A stretch of 64,000 nt of DNA from Anolis carolinensis (taxonomy: Eukaryota). The stretch lies in assembly GCF_035594765.1 (NCBI RefSeq), contig NC_085846.1:21191190-21255189 (forward strand), read 5' to 3'. Each line of letters opens with the position of its first letter. Position 1 is the stretch's first letter. Both the position numbers and the translations under genes were made by a program. The notes under the pieces were generated by a model. It was not told the DNA's origin, did not search any database, and was given only the letters and a program-made list of their open reading frames with translations. This document shows, one piece after another, positions 12,559 to 24,809 of the stretch.

Positions 12559-15383
12559 ATCCGAAAAACATAGAGAGTTACTAAACAAGGAAATAACAGA
12601 GAAGGAAATTAAAGTGGCAATAAATAAGATGGATGGGAACAAAGCCCCAGGGCCGGATGGATTCAGTGGGGCATACTATAAAGTATTTACGGAGGAAGTC
12701 ACACCATACCTTTAAAAAGTTATGAATAAAGTTTTAGACAACCAAAAAATTCCAGAATCCTGGTGCCAGGCAATAATAACAATGATCCCAAAGGAAGGAC
12801 ACGACACCAAAAATGTTAAAAATTACAGGCCTATCTCCCTGTTAAATACAGATTATAAAATCTTCACGAGCATATTGGCTGAAAGATTGAAAGAATTCCT
12901 GAAAGAATGGATAGGAGAGGAGCAAACGGGCTTTCTACCAAAAAGACAAATGAAAGACAACGTAAGAGAAATTATAAATATAATAGAATACTATGAATTT
13001 ACTAAGAAAGATGAATTGGCTCTCCTTACCATCGATATGGAAAAAGCTTTCGACAACCTAAATTGGGATTTTTTTAAACTACTAATTAAAGAATTGGATA
13101 TGGGTTACAAATTTACAAACGCAATTAATCAAATTTATAACAATCAAGAAGCCAAAATTAAAATAAATTCCGAAGAATCCAAACCTTTCAAAATAAGCAA
13201 AGGAACCAGACAAGGATGCCCGTTGTCTCCACTGTTATTCATTTTCTCATTGGAGATCTTATTAAACAATATTAGAGAAGATCCCAACTTAAAAGGTGTA
13301 AAAATAAGAAGGCACAATTATAAGTTAAGGGCCTTTGCGGATGATCTTATCTGTGTAATAGAAGACCCAATAAACACAATTCATCTTTGGCTCTCTAAAA
13401 TAAGAGAATTTGGAGGAAATTCGGGCTTAAAGATAAACATGGACAAGACCGCATTACTATCAAAAAACATGACGGAAAAAAGACAAAAGGAGCTAATGAG
13501 AATTTCTGGGATTCAGATTAGGAAGAAAATAAAATATCTAGGAATAACATTAACGGCAAAAAATTCACAATTATTAGAAAATAACTATGACCATAAATGG
13601 AAAAAAATACAAAAGGATTTAGAAAGATGGAAGTATGCAAAACTATCGTCGTTAGGAAGGATCTCAGCAATAAAAATGTCTATCTTGCCCAAATTACTAT
13701 TTCTATTCCAAAACATACCGATTATTAGAAACACCCAGAAATTTAAAAATTGGAATAAAGAAATAAGCAAATTCATTTGGATGGGGAAAAAAACGAGAAT
13801 TAAAAGGATTTACCTAATAGACGAGAAGAAGAGAGGAGGTCTGGGCCTTCCAGACCTCCAACTTTACCATGATGCAAGTGGTTTAAATTGGGTGAAAGAT
13901 TGGTCTACATTGGGAAACACTAAAATTTTAGCATTAGAAGGAATAGACTTAAGGGCGGGATGGCATGGATACCTATGGTACGATCGGAAATTAACAGAAA
14001 ATTTTTTTGGCAACCACTTTATTAGATCATCGCTGATAAAAATATGGGAGAAATACAAAAAGAAACTATATCAGAAAACTCCAAAATGGATCTCCCCATT
14101 AGAAGCAGGCCAGAGGAGAGAAACGGGAGGAGATATTTGGCCGAGATATAAGGATATATTAATTAAAGACAACGGGACATACAACATGAAAAGCCAAGAA
14201 GAGATTAACCAGAAATTCGGTAATGTAGGATGGTACCAATATAGACAACTAAAAGAATACTATAACAAAGACAAAAAAATGGGTTTTGAAGAATCAGAAG
14301 GTTTTTGGGAGAGAGTGATGAAATTAGAAAGAAAACAAATATCTAAGATATATACAATATTAATAGAATGGGAGACAGAAACGGTACCAGTAAAAGATAG
14401 TATGATCGAATGGGCCAAAAATCTGGGCAAAAAAATCTATTTAGAAGAGTGGGAAAAGGCCTGGAACTCCAGATTAAAAATAACATACGCAACAGAATTG
14501 AAAGAAAATTGGATCAAAATGTTTTACCGTTGGTATCTGACCCCCCAAAAAATATCAAAATATTACAAAAAAAGTTCAAACAAATGTTGGAAATGCGAAG
14601 ATCAAATTGGAACGTTCTTCCACTGTTGGTGGACTTGCAAAAAAGCAAAGAAATATTGGAAAGAAATCCACCAGGCAATACAAAAGATGTTGCAAATTAA
14701 AATAGACTTAGACCCAAAATACTTCCTCCTGGGAATGCTTAATATTGAAAATAATAAAAACAAAGAAATGCTCTTCAATTACCTCACCACGGCGGCAAGA
14801 ATTATATATGCCAAATATTGGAAAAAGAAAGAAATTCCGGAACTAGATTGTCGGTTAATTAAGATCACGGAAATAATGAACATGGACAAACTAACATACT
14901 TATTAAAAAATAATTACAGTATTCCAAAAAAACAAACCAATTGGGAACCGGTTAAAAAGTACTTGTTAGAAATGCAAATGAAGGTGCTAATATAATTTGT
15001 ATTATTTAAATAAACTATATAAAAGACCTGTATATTAATAGAAAGATATAAGAAGATGTGGTCACCAAACAGAAAGAAGGAAAGAAAAAGTAAGGAAAAA
15101 GAGGTACAAATACAAACCTCTTAAAGTAGTTGTGTAAGAGATGGAAGTCACTCTGTTAAATTTTATTACTACACATGTTTTTGTTTTGTGTTTTTGTTTA
15201 TATGTTTTATTATATGTTCCTATTACTTTCCTTTTTTTTTTTTTGCTTCAACTTTCTTCCTCTCTTCTTTTCGCTTCATCATTGTATTTCTTCCCCCTTT
15301 GTTCTTATAATTTATCGTGCACACACCGTCACTGTAAATTTTTTTTATTTGCAAAATCAATAAAAACTCATTAAAAAAAAAAA
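12559..15383 (+). mobile_element. 5'-truncated L1-clade LINE with poly(A) tail and 18-bp TSD
   Basis: TSD gaaaacgtattatattgt at 12541-12558 and 15384-15401; aataaa near 15359, then A-tail; target ctt/gaaaa resembles the L1 endonuclease consensus. Confidence 0.95.
12722..14995 (+). CDS. L1 ORF2 remnant: reverse transcriptase plus C-terminal Cys-rich region; endonuclease lost
   Basis: NYRPISLLNTDYKI, DMEKAFD, GTRQGCPLSPLLF, FADD, KYLGI, CWKC..HCWWTC. Frame continues upstream (KAPGPDGF) with a TAA just before 12722. Confidence 0.93.
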   Translation: MNKVLDNQKIPESWCQAIITMIPKEGHDTKNVKNYRPISLLNTDYKIFTSILAERLKEFLKEWIGEEQTGFLPKRQMKDNVREIINIIEYYEFTKKDELALLTIDMEKAFDNLNWDFFKLLIKELDMGYKFTNAINQIYNNQEAKIKINSEESKPFKISKGTRQGCPLSPLLFIFSLEILLNNIREDPNLKGVKIRRHNYKLRAFADDLICVIEDPINTIHLWLSKIREFGGNSGLKINMDKTALLSKNMTEKRQKELMRISGIQIRKKIKYLGITLTAKNSQLLENNYDHKWKKIQKDLERWKYAKLSSLGRISAIKMSILPKLLFLFQNIPIIRNTQKFKNWNKEISKFIWMGKKTRIKRIYLIDEKKRGGLGLPDLQLYHDASGLNWVKDWSTLGNTKILALEGIDLRAGWHGYLWYDRKLTENFFGNHFIRSSLIKIWEKYKKKLYQKTPKWISPLEAGQRRETGGDIWPRYKDILIKDNGTYNMKSQEEINQKFGNVGWYQYRQLKEYYNKDKKMGFEESEGFWERVMKLERKQISKIYTILIEWETETVPVKDSMIEWAKNLGKKIYLEEWEKAWNSRLKITYATELKENWIKMFYRWYLTPQKISKYYKKSSNKCWKCEDQIGTFFHCWWTCKKAKKYWKEIHQAIQKMLQIKIDLDPKYFLLGMLNIENNKNKEMLFNYLTTAARIIYAKYWKKKEIPELDCRLIKITEIMNMDKLTYLLKNNYSIPKKQTNWEPVKKYLLEMQMKVLI

Positions 15384-15599
15384 GAAAACGTATTATATTG
15401 TCACTGTAAGATTTCTTGGGAGATGGACAGTTTAATGGAGTTTGGTGTCTCTTGGGACATAAGAATTGAAAGGAGCTTAAACCAAGAAATGACAACTAAC
15501 ACTTTTCTAATCAGCACTCAAAAGCGCTGATCATATGTGAAAGAGAACAGAAACCTGATGTAGAAGTGGCAGACTGTGGATAAGGACTTTAATGATGTA

Positions 15600-17597
15600 C
15601 TAGCTGTGCCCGGCCACGCGTTGCTGTGGCGAAGTCTGGTGGTCTGGGAAATAAAGTATTGAGGAATTGGTGGTAGTTAAGGTCAAGGGTAAAGGTTTTC
15701 CCCAGACATTAAGTCCAGTCGTGTCTTACTCTGGAGGTTGGTGCTCATCTCCATTTCTAAGCCGAAGAGCCGGCGTTGTCCGTAGACTCCTCCAAGGTCA
15801 TGTGGGATGACTACATGGAGCGGCGTTACCTTCCCGCCGGAGCAGTACCTATTGATGCACTCACATTTGCATGTTTTTGAACTTCTGGGTTGGCAGAAGC
15901 TGGGGCTAACAGTGGGGGCTCTCTCCGCTCCCCCAATTCAAACCTGTGGCCTTTCGGTCCAGAAGTTCAGCAGCTCAGCGCTTTAACACGCTGCGCCATC
16001 AGGGGATATTATTTCCTAAAGGTTGTGAATATACAATATTTCTGATTGGTTTTTTTTGTTTGTTGGAGGCAAGTATGAATGCTGCAATTAGGAAAAATGA
16101 TTAGGATGTAATGGCCTTGCAGCTTTAAAGCCTGGCTGTTTCCTCCCTGAGTGAATTTTTTGTGTTAGCTGGCCCTGATTGTTTCCTGTCTGGAATTCCC
16201 TTATTTTCAGAGTGGTGTTGTTTGTGATATTTATGTGCTTTATGTGCTTCTACTGTCTGTGGCCCTGAGAAAACAGGATTTGCCAGAGTTTGATGATGGG
16301 AATACTTTGTTGGGAGGTGTTAGCTGGCCCTGATTGTTTCCTGTGTGGAATTCCCCTGTTTATTTACTGTCCTGGTTTTAGAGATTATTGTTCTGCATTA
16401 TTCTATCCCAGTAATTATTTCATATTAAAGAAGAATCTCACTTATCCAACATTCGCTTATACAATGTTCTGGATTATCCAACGCAGTCTGCCTTTTCATA
16501 ATCAATGCTTTTGTAGTCAGTGTTTTAAATTCATTGTGATATTTTAGTGGTAAATTTGTAAATACAGTACAGTAGAGTCTCACTTAGCCAACATAAACGG
16601 GCCGGCAGAATGTTGGATAAGCGAATATGTTGAATAATGAGGAATTAAGGATAACCCTATTAAACATCAAATTAAGTTATGATTTTACAAATTAAGCACC
16701 AAAACATCATGTTAGACAACAAATTTGTCAGAAAAAGTAGTTCAGTACACAGTAATGCTATATAGTAATTACTGTATTTATGAATTTAGCAACAAAATAT
16801 CACGATATATTGAAAGCATTGACTACAAAAATGCGTTGGATAATCCAGAACGTTGGATAAGCGAGTGTTGGATAAGTGAGACTCTACTGTAAATACTACA
16901 TAGCATTACTGCGCATGGAACTACTTGTTCTGTGAAATTTGTTGTATAATATGATGTTTTGGTGCTTAATTTGTATAACGATTACCTAATTTGATGTTTA
17001 ATTGGCTTTTCCTGAATCCCTTCTTATTATCCAACATATTCACTTATCCTGCCGGCCTGTTTACGTTGGATAAGTGAGACTCTACTGTATATTGATAATC
17101 TTAAATTATCTGCTTAGAACTGGATTATATGAGGCCCCTTCTTCACAGCTGTATAAAATGCACACTGAAGTGGATTATATGGCAGTGTGGAGTCAAGATA
17201 ATCCAGTGCAGAGCAGATAATAGAAGATTATAAATGGGTTATATAGCTGTGTGGAAGGGCCTTGAGTCTACACTGCCATATAATCCAGTGCAAATTAGAT
17301 AATCTGTGGAAGAAGTCTAAGTGAGGCCTAAATTTGCCTGTCCCCTAACTGAAACCTGGCTGTCCCTTGGTTGCTAGGCAACCAAGTGGGCAGAGATTAG
17401 CCCTCTAAACTGGCAGCAATTGGATAAAAACAATTATTGCTCTCCCTCTAATTAGGACTTTATTTTTCTTTTCTTTTTGTTGTATCAACCTTGAGGCGTG
17501 GATGATGGGTTGTGTTGTCAAATCTTGAGGTTGGGGGGCCTGTACTTTTGTTGTTTTGTGAATTGCCGTGATGCCATCACTCTTTTATATATATAGA
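15600..17597 (-). mobile_element. Non-autonomous Helitron, about 2 kb, carrying Sauria SINE and MITE cargo (copy 1)
   Basis: Minus strand begins TCTATATATATAAAAGAGTGATGG and ends hairpin GCCAC-agcaacgc-GTGGC ... CTAG; inserted between A and T with no TSD. Confidence 0.88.
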
Positions 17598-20500
17598 TTA
17601 TATACTTTGCTTATGGTCTATCATGAGTGAATATTCTGTAAAGTAGTGTTTTCTATTCTTCCATTACTTTTTCTAATACTTGAAGTATATGCCTCGTCTA
17701 TTCCAACACACCTTCTACTGAGGCTTCTATATGCAGTATATTCCTTGAAGTTTTCACTTAATTCTGTTTTGAAATGTTAACTAGGCTTTACCTTTCACTG
17801 TAAAATTACCCAAAAGAGGAACTATTCAGTGCCATTATTTTCACACTCAGTGACATTTTTCCAAAAGTCAGATACACAACTAAGAAAGGAATAGTTTTAA
17901 TTGCCTACAGTGAGACCTTTTCTCCAGGGATTTTTTTCTCCAACTTAGTATCCCACAAGGAAAAAAAATAACACTGTAATAAGTTTAAGATAGTTTTCAT
18001 AATGGAGACATTGTTCAGGGAAAAACAATGGCAACAACAACAAAAAAAAAGTCAGCTGCTTCTTCATTGTCAAGTATATATTTTGTATATATTATAAATC
18101 CATTGTACATTGTAAATTGGGGTTCAAACCTGCTGACCAGATGACTCGAGATAGCTTTATGAAGCTTTCTAACTGTGTCCAACCAGTTGAAAAGACCCCT
18201 GGGCTATTTGAATATTGTACTGAACATGTATAGGAATCCACCTTGTCTCAAATCATAGTCCATTTTGACCAGAATTATAAACCCAAATTGGCTGAACCTT
18301 TCTGGGGTCATAGACACAAGTGAGGGGGTTACATTATTTTCTTCATGGACCCTTAGCTTTTGATACCTAGGCGCCATTTTGGCTGGTTCTCAGGACCATT
18401 ATTGACATATCATTTCAAATTCTGTGGCTACCAAGAGATCATTAGCAAAGGATGACCCATCATCATCACTCTGCAGCTGCCCGCCACTGCTTTAACTGAA
18501 AGTGCTAAGGTTCAAATTTGGAGCTGGCAAGATTCTACACTAAGATGCAGCCAAAACCCAGGCCAAGATCCTGCAATGAAAATATGCATGTCTCACATAG
18601 ATGCATCTCTGTAGCTATGCTTGCTAGAGTTACTACCCCAAATATACACCATATAACACACACAAACATGTACACCTTCTTGGAGGGTCTGAAAATGAGG
18701 GGATCAACAGTGACATATCCAACTATTTTCCTTTAATGCAACATTTAGTGCCAGACACCTACAAGGGTCTACAAGGGTTCTTGGGACATCTCTGCAGGGT
18801 ACATTGACAGTCCATTCACCTAAAAGAAAACAGCTAGATGCATCACTCCCCAATTCACCTGCTGTCTGAAAACTTGGAAACTGGTGTGTTTTAGAGGGGA
18901 TACATGGCTTATAATGTGGGATGGGGCTAGGGAGGTTGGGTTGTTGCAAGATAAAAACAGAATTACAACATACATAATGATGAAAGAAGTGACTGGTGAT
19001 GTCATAAGGCATACTTACAACATCCTAGCTTGCTAATAGAATGCCAGTCCTGATTTAGTTTTAAGGTGAACTGAAGAGAGCAAAAAGATCTCTGATGGCA
19101 ACATTAATAAATTCTTCATTCTGTCTACTGTCTTAATTATTGGGCTAACTGAATCAGTGATCTAGCTAGTATTGCATTACCAAACAGGGCTTGTCTACAT
19201 CATTCCTTTATCTCAAAGTGGACCAGAAGTCAAACCTGAATGTCCAGACAATGTCTAGGAATTTCTGAAACTTAACCCAGGATAAACTTGGTTAACCTTG
19301 ATCAACCCTGCATTAAGCAAAGTTGGGGGATGTCCTGCAGTTTCAGGGTGAGTGTGCACAACCACACCTGGCTCCAATCTGAACCAGACCACTGTCCACA
19401 GCGCCAGCACCACCACCCTGCCCCCCCCCCATTGCTATGGCAGACAGCTACGGTGTCTGGTGACCCCCTGCCCATCACCAAGCACCTTTGTTGACATCAA
19501 CAAAAGCACCACCAAGGCCAAGATGAAGGAGGGGAATTGCCTCCTAGTTAGCTACTCTCTCCGTGTCCATCCTGCAGCGGAGCACATACAGTCCAGTGGG
19601 GTTAAAAATGGTTTGGGCCCACTGAATCATCACCTTAGCTCTCCTGTCTCTGTCACCATGATAGACAGCCATAAAGCTCTCCCAGAGCTCTCCTAGCAGG
19701 GGCGACAGGGACAGCAAAGCTAAGGTGATAGTCCATTTTCAGCAACAATGGACTATCTTGCTACCAATGTGAGATAGATACAGAGAGTGAAACCAACTTA
19801 GACTATTCCTCTCTGAACTGACCTCAGATTTCAGTGTATATGTAGAGCTTAAAATGCCAAATTCTTAGTTGGAGGTTGGGAGAAGTTTTATCCCAATAAC
19901 TAATGGTTAATGTATAGGGAAATCCGGGTTTTGAAATTATGTTTGTACCCATTCCTTTGTTGCCTGTGTTATGGTTTCAGAATACGTCACAATTAGGATG
20001 CAGCCATTAGTGTTATGGTTTAAGAGTATGTCACTAATATGATGCAAGTAATACCTTCTGGGTGAAATATAACTGAGGTCAGAAAGAGACAAATATATAG
20101 TAAAAAGAATTATAAAGATGCTATGATTGGGTCAAAGGGCTTTTGAGTATCTCACTCATTTTGCTATATAGATTGAAACTCTCAAAATCCCACACAACCA
20201 GAGTAATCAGTGGCAATGCTTTCAAAAGAAGCTTTGCTAATTTTTGGTGAAAAAAGAGACAAAGGTAATGAGTGTACATATGGATATTTCCAGTTCATTG
20301 TCTTCAGCTGTAATAGATTACCATATTACTGATAACTGAATTTTTGGATCATTTCCCCCTTTCCTTTTTTGTTCTTTGTCAATATTCCCTCCCCTCTTTT
20401 TACAAACATAATGGGATTTGATTGCCAAGTTCCAAATTATTGATATCATGAATGGCACATAACACACTTACTGGAAGATATTAATCAAACACGTCCCACT

Positions 20501-20618
20501 GTGTTAATTTTTTTCATCATAATCTCTTCCTCACTCACCACCATAAGCTTTATTGTTTGTCATTATTGCAAAAGGGATAAATAGAAATTTCCTAAGCCAT
20601 TAATTCATATTATCAAAT

Positions 20619-21596
20619 TTACAGTTGTGTATTCCTGAATCCAGCAAGAAATGCAAGTTTTGTAGGAATTTTTTTCAGTGCCTCCTGAACATCTTTGTTT
20701 TTTAGACTATACACAAGAGGGTTGACAAGAGGAGTCAATATAGTGTACAAAAGAGAAAAAACTTTGTTTAGTTCTCTCAAGCTGTTTGCCTTTGGTACGA
20801 CATAGACAATAATCAGAGTTCCATAAAAAACAGTCACCACAACCAGGTGAGAGGAACAAGTAGAGAAAGCTTTCTGCCTTCCAGAGATTGATGGGACTCT
20901 CAAAACTGAGATAATGATACAAACATAGGATGCCCAAGTCAATAGAAAAGGTGGAAAGGCACACAAAGAAGACATTATAAAAACCAAGGTGCCGATTATT
21001 CTGGTGTTGCTGCATGACAGATTGATCACTGGACCAAAATCACAAAAGAAGTGGTCTATCTCATTCATGCCACAAAAGACTAACTGTGACATGAAAGATA
21101 TTGTTATGGTGATTGCTAGACTCCCACCTAACCAGGAGCCAACAGTCAATTGGATACACAATCTGTCACTCATGTAGTTAGTATAATGCAATGGCTTGCA
21201 TATAGCAAGATAGCGATCAAAGGACATGGCAGCTAAGAGAAAACATTCAGTTGTGACAAGGATGCCAAAAATATAAAATTGTGTGATGCAACCTATCAAT
21301 GAAATAGACCTGTCTCCTGTTAAGAGGCTATAAAGCATTCTGGGCAGGATGACAGAGCTATAAAAAGTTTCCAAGCAAGACAGGTTTCCCAGGAAGTAAT
21401 ACATGGGAGTGTGAAGGTGATGATCAGACACAATAAGAAGAATTATCAGAAGGTTCCCACCGATTGTCAACATGTAAATTGCCAAAAATAGCAGCAGTAA
21501 TAGAATCTGTACTCCTTGGCCACCACTAAACCCCAGGAGAATGAATTCTGTGGTCATGGTTTTATTTGCTCCATTTAAGTTTTGGCAGGGAGACAT
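20619..21596 (-). CDS. Olfactory receptor (class II), 325 aa from first ATG, intact
   Basis: NKT sequon, LHTPMYYFLGNLS, MSFDRYLAICKPLHY, KAFSTCSSHL, PLVNPLVYSLKN. The ORF-track TTG start lies in the acceptor tract ttttctttccccag. Confidence 0.96.
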   Translation of the reverse strand: MSPCQNLNGANKTMTTEFILLGFSGGQGVQILLLLLFLAIYMLTIGGNLLIILLIVSDHHLHTPMYYFLGNLSCLETFYSSVILPRMLYSLLTGDRSISLIGCITQFYIFGILVTTECFLLAAMSFDRYLAICKPLHYTNYMSDRLCIQLTVGSWLGGSLAITITISFMSQLVFCGMNEIDHFFCDFGPVINLSCSNTRIIGTLVFIMSSLCAFPPFLLTWASYVCIIISVLRVPSISGRQKAFSTCSSHLVVVTVFYGTLIIVYVVPKANSLRELNKVFSLLYTILTPLVNPLVYSLKNKDVQEALKKIPTKLAFLAGFRNTQL

Positions 21597-22795
21597 GTAG
21601 GCAAGATCTGAAGTGCTGGGGAAAGAAAACAAAGAATAGGAAGAGATTAATTAAAATCAGAATTGAATCAATTGAGGAATTCATAATTCATGGTCTTGGA
21701 ACTCTGTGAAATTATATATTTAATTTTTGGAGTGATACTTATACTCTGGAATTCAGTTAGGGACACCTGCACATGTACCAGTAAGTATCTCTCAAATGTG
21801 TGCAATGTCATTTTTTGAGGAGCTGCGAAAGATAGGTATTGCCTTCCTCCCTGGGCAGTGCTCAAAACCCCCTCCTTCCTTACCTTAAGGACTGTCTTTA
21901 ATGGCTATTCTCATATGCTTCATGATAAACAGAAGGGATCAAAGAGGCCCCTGTAACACATACACCCATAGCCAGATGCACAATGAGGGCAGAAGTGCAG
22001 ATCTCAACATGGTTATCATCATTGTGTGCCTAGCTTTTGAGTGGGGATAGGTGCACAATTCTCCAAATAAAACTGCTTGCCACAAAGCATGGAATTGCTG
22101 TTTAAGGAAGCTTCGGGGTTTTGCAGTAAGTCAGGAGTAGCATTTGGCTCAGCTTAGCATAAAGTTCACATGTGAGTATTTACACTACCCTGTTGAAATG
22201 AGTTTTCAGTTGAGTATTGTTATCAAATTCAGGTTTGCACTCACACACTTAGCTAAGGATATCTCTACACTATAGAATTCATGCAGTTTGACACTATTTT
22301 AACTGTCATGATTCAATGCTAAGAGTCACAAAATGGTAGGATCTTGCTTGCTTGTTCACTCACCTGCTCCCAGTACATATTAAAACTGTTAGTTCTGGGA
22401 TACCATAATACTTCTTTGTTTTTGAAAAGTGTTAGGAATACAGTTGCTTTTTCCATCTCAATTCAATTTGGATTTTATTGTATTAACAGAAAGTCATAGC
22501 AAACAACAAAATAATATACAGTAAAAAAATACTTGGTGCATCTCTGCTCCATTAGTGTAAGGCTGTGTGAATAAACAGTGCAGTACATTATGTTTTAAAT
22601 CAGATTATAAAGACAAAACCCAGGCTTTTAAAGCTAAGGTGATCTGTTTGGGCAATGTGACTCAAGAAATGCCTTACAGATATCACTTATTTATCACAAG
22701 TTTAGGCTAAGTAGATATCAAAGCTGTGTGTAGCAAAGCATTAAAATCTTAGGATCAGAAAATGTGGACCTATGTGTTCCTGTTCTATAAATATA

Positions 22796-24809
22796 CTAGC
22801 TGTGCCCGGTCACGCGTTGCTGTGGCGAAGTCTGGTGGTATGGGAAATAAAGTATTGAGGAATTGGTGGTAGTTAAGGTAAAGGGTAAAGGTTTTCCCCA
22901 GACATTAAGTCCAGTCGTGTCTTACTCTGGAGGTTGGTGCTCATCTCCATTTCTAAGCCAAAGAGCCGGCGTTGTCTGTAGACTCCTCCAAGGTCATGTG
23001 GGATGACTACATGGAGCGGCGTTACCTTCCCGCCGGAGCAGTACCTATTGATGCACTCACATTTGCATGTTTTCGAACTTTTGCATGTTTTCCAACCCAG
23101 AAGCAGGGGCTAACAGTGGAGGCTTTCTTCACTCCCCCAATTCAAACCTGTGGCCTTTCGGTCCAGAAGTTCAGCAGCTCAGCACTTTAACACGCTGCGC
23201 CATCAGGGGATATTATTTCCTAAAGGTTGTGAATATACAATATTTCTGATTGGTTTTTTTTGTTTGTTGGAGGCAAGTATGAATGCTGCAATTAGGAAAA
23301 ATGATTAGGATGTAATGGCCTTGCAGCTTTAAAGCCTGGCTGTTTCCTCCCTGAGTGAATTTTTTGTTGGGAGGTGTTAGCTGGCCCTGATTGTTTCCTG
23401 TCTGGAATTCCCTTATTTTCAGAGTGGTGTTGTTTGTGATATTTATGTGCTTTATGTGCTTCTACTGTCTGTGGCCCTGAGAAAACAGGATTTGCCAGAG
23501 TTTGATGATGGGAATACTTTGTTGGGAGGTGTTAGCTGGCCCTGATTGTTTCCTGTGTGGAATTCCCCTGTTTATTTACTGTCCTGGTTTTAGAGATTAT
23601 TGTTCTGCATTATTCTATCCCAGTAATTATTTCATATTAAAGAAGAATCTCACTTATCCAACATTCGCTTATACAATGTTCTGGATTATCCAACGCAGTC
23701 TGCCTTTTCATAATCAATGCTTTTGTAGTCAGTGTTTTAAATTCATTGTGATATTTTAGTGGTAAATTTGTAAATACAGTACAGTAGAGTCTCACTTAGC
23801 CAACATAAACGGGCCGGCAGAATGTTGGATAAGCGAATATGTTGAATAATGAGGAATTAAGGATAACCCTATTAAACATCAAATTAAGTTATGATTTTAC
23901 AAATTAAGCACCAAAACATCATGTTAGACAACAAATTTGTCAGAAAAAGTAGTTCAGTACACATTAATGCTATATAGTAATTACTGTATTTATGAATTTA
24001 GCACCAAAATATCACGATATATTGAAAGCATTGACTACAAAAATGCGTTGGATAATCCAGAACGTTGGATAAGCGAGTGTTGGATAAGTGAGACTCTACT
24101 GTAAATACTACATAGCATTACTGCGCATGGAACTACTTTTTCTGTCAAATTTGTTGTATAATATGATGTTTTGGTGTTTAATTTGTATAACGATTACCTA
24201 ATTTGATGTTTAATTGGCTTTTCCTGAATCCCTTCTTATTATCCAACATATTCACTTATCCTGCTGGCCTGTTTACATTGGATAAGTGAGACTCTACTGT
24301 ATATTTCTAATCTTATATTATCTGCTTAGAACTGGATTATATGAGGCCCCTTCTTCACAGCTGTATAAAATGCACACTGAAGTGGATTATATGGTAGTGT
24401 GGAGTCAAGATAATCCAGTGCAAAGCAGATAATATAAGATTATAAATGGGTTATATAGCTGTGTTGAAGGGCCTTGAGTCTACACTGCCATATAATCCAG
24501 TGCAAATTAGATAATCTGTGGAAGAAGTCTAAGTGAGGCCTAAATCTGCCTGTCCCGTAACTGAAACCTGGCTGTCCCTTGGTTGCTAGGCAACCAAGTG
24601 GGCAGAGATTAGCCCTCTAAACTGGCAGCAATTGGATAAAAAAAATTATTGCTCTCCCTCTAATTAGGACTTTATTTTTCTTTTCTTTTTGTTGTATCAA
24701 CCTTGAGGCGTGGATGATGGGTTGTGTTGTCAAATTTTGAGGTTGGGGGGCCTGTACTTTTGTTGTTTTGTGAATTGCCGTGATGCCATCACTCTTTTAT
24801 ATATATAGA
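22796..24809 (-). mobile_element. Non-autonomous Helitron with cargo (copy 2), near-identical to 15600-17597
   Basis: Same termini and internal order; identical spurious 85-aa ORFs at 16290 and 23502; flanks unrelated. Confidence 0.88.

Noticed and set aside
21597-21632. N-terminal extension MFSFPSTSDLAY of the 337-aa OR ORF
   Set aside because: Starts at TTG within the splice-acceptor pyrimidine tract; the first ATG is at 21596.
16290-23759. Identical 85-aa ORFs at 16290 and 23502 as a duplicated gene
   Set aside because: Both lie inside the two Helitron copies and have no recognisable protein features.
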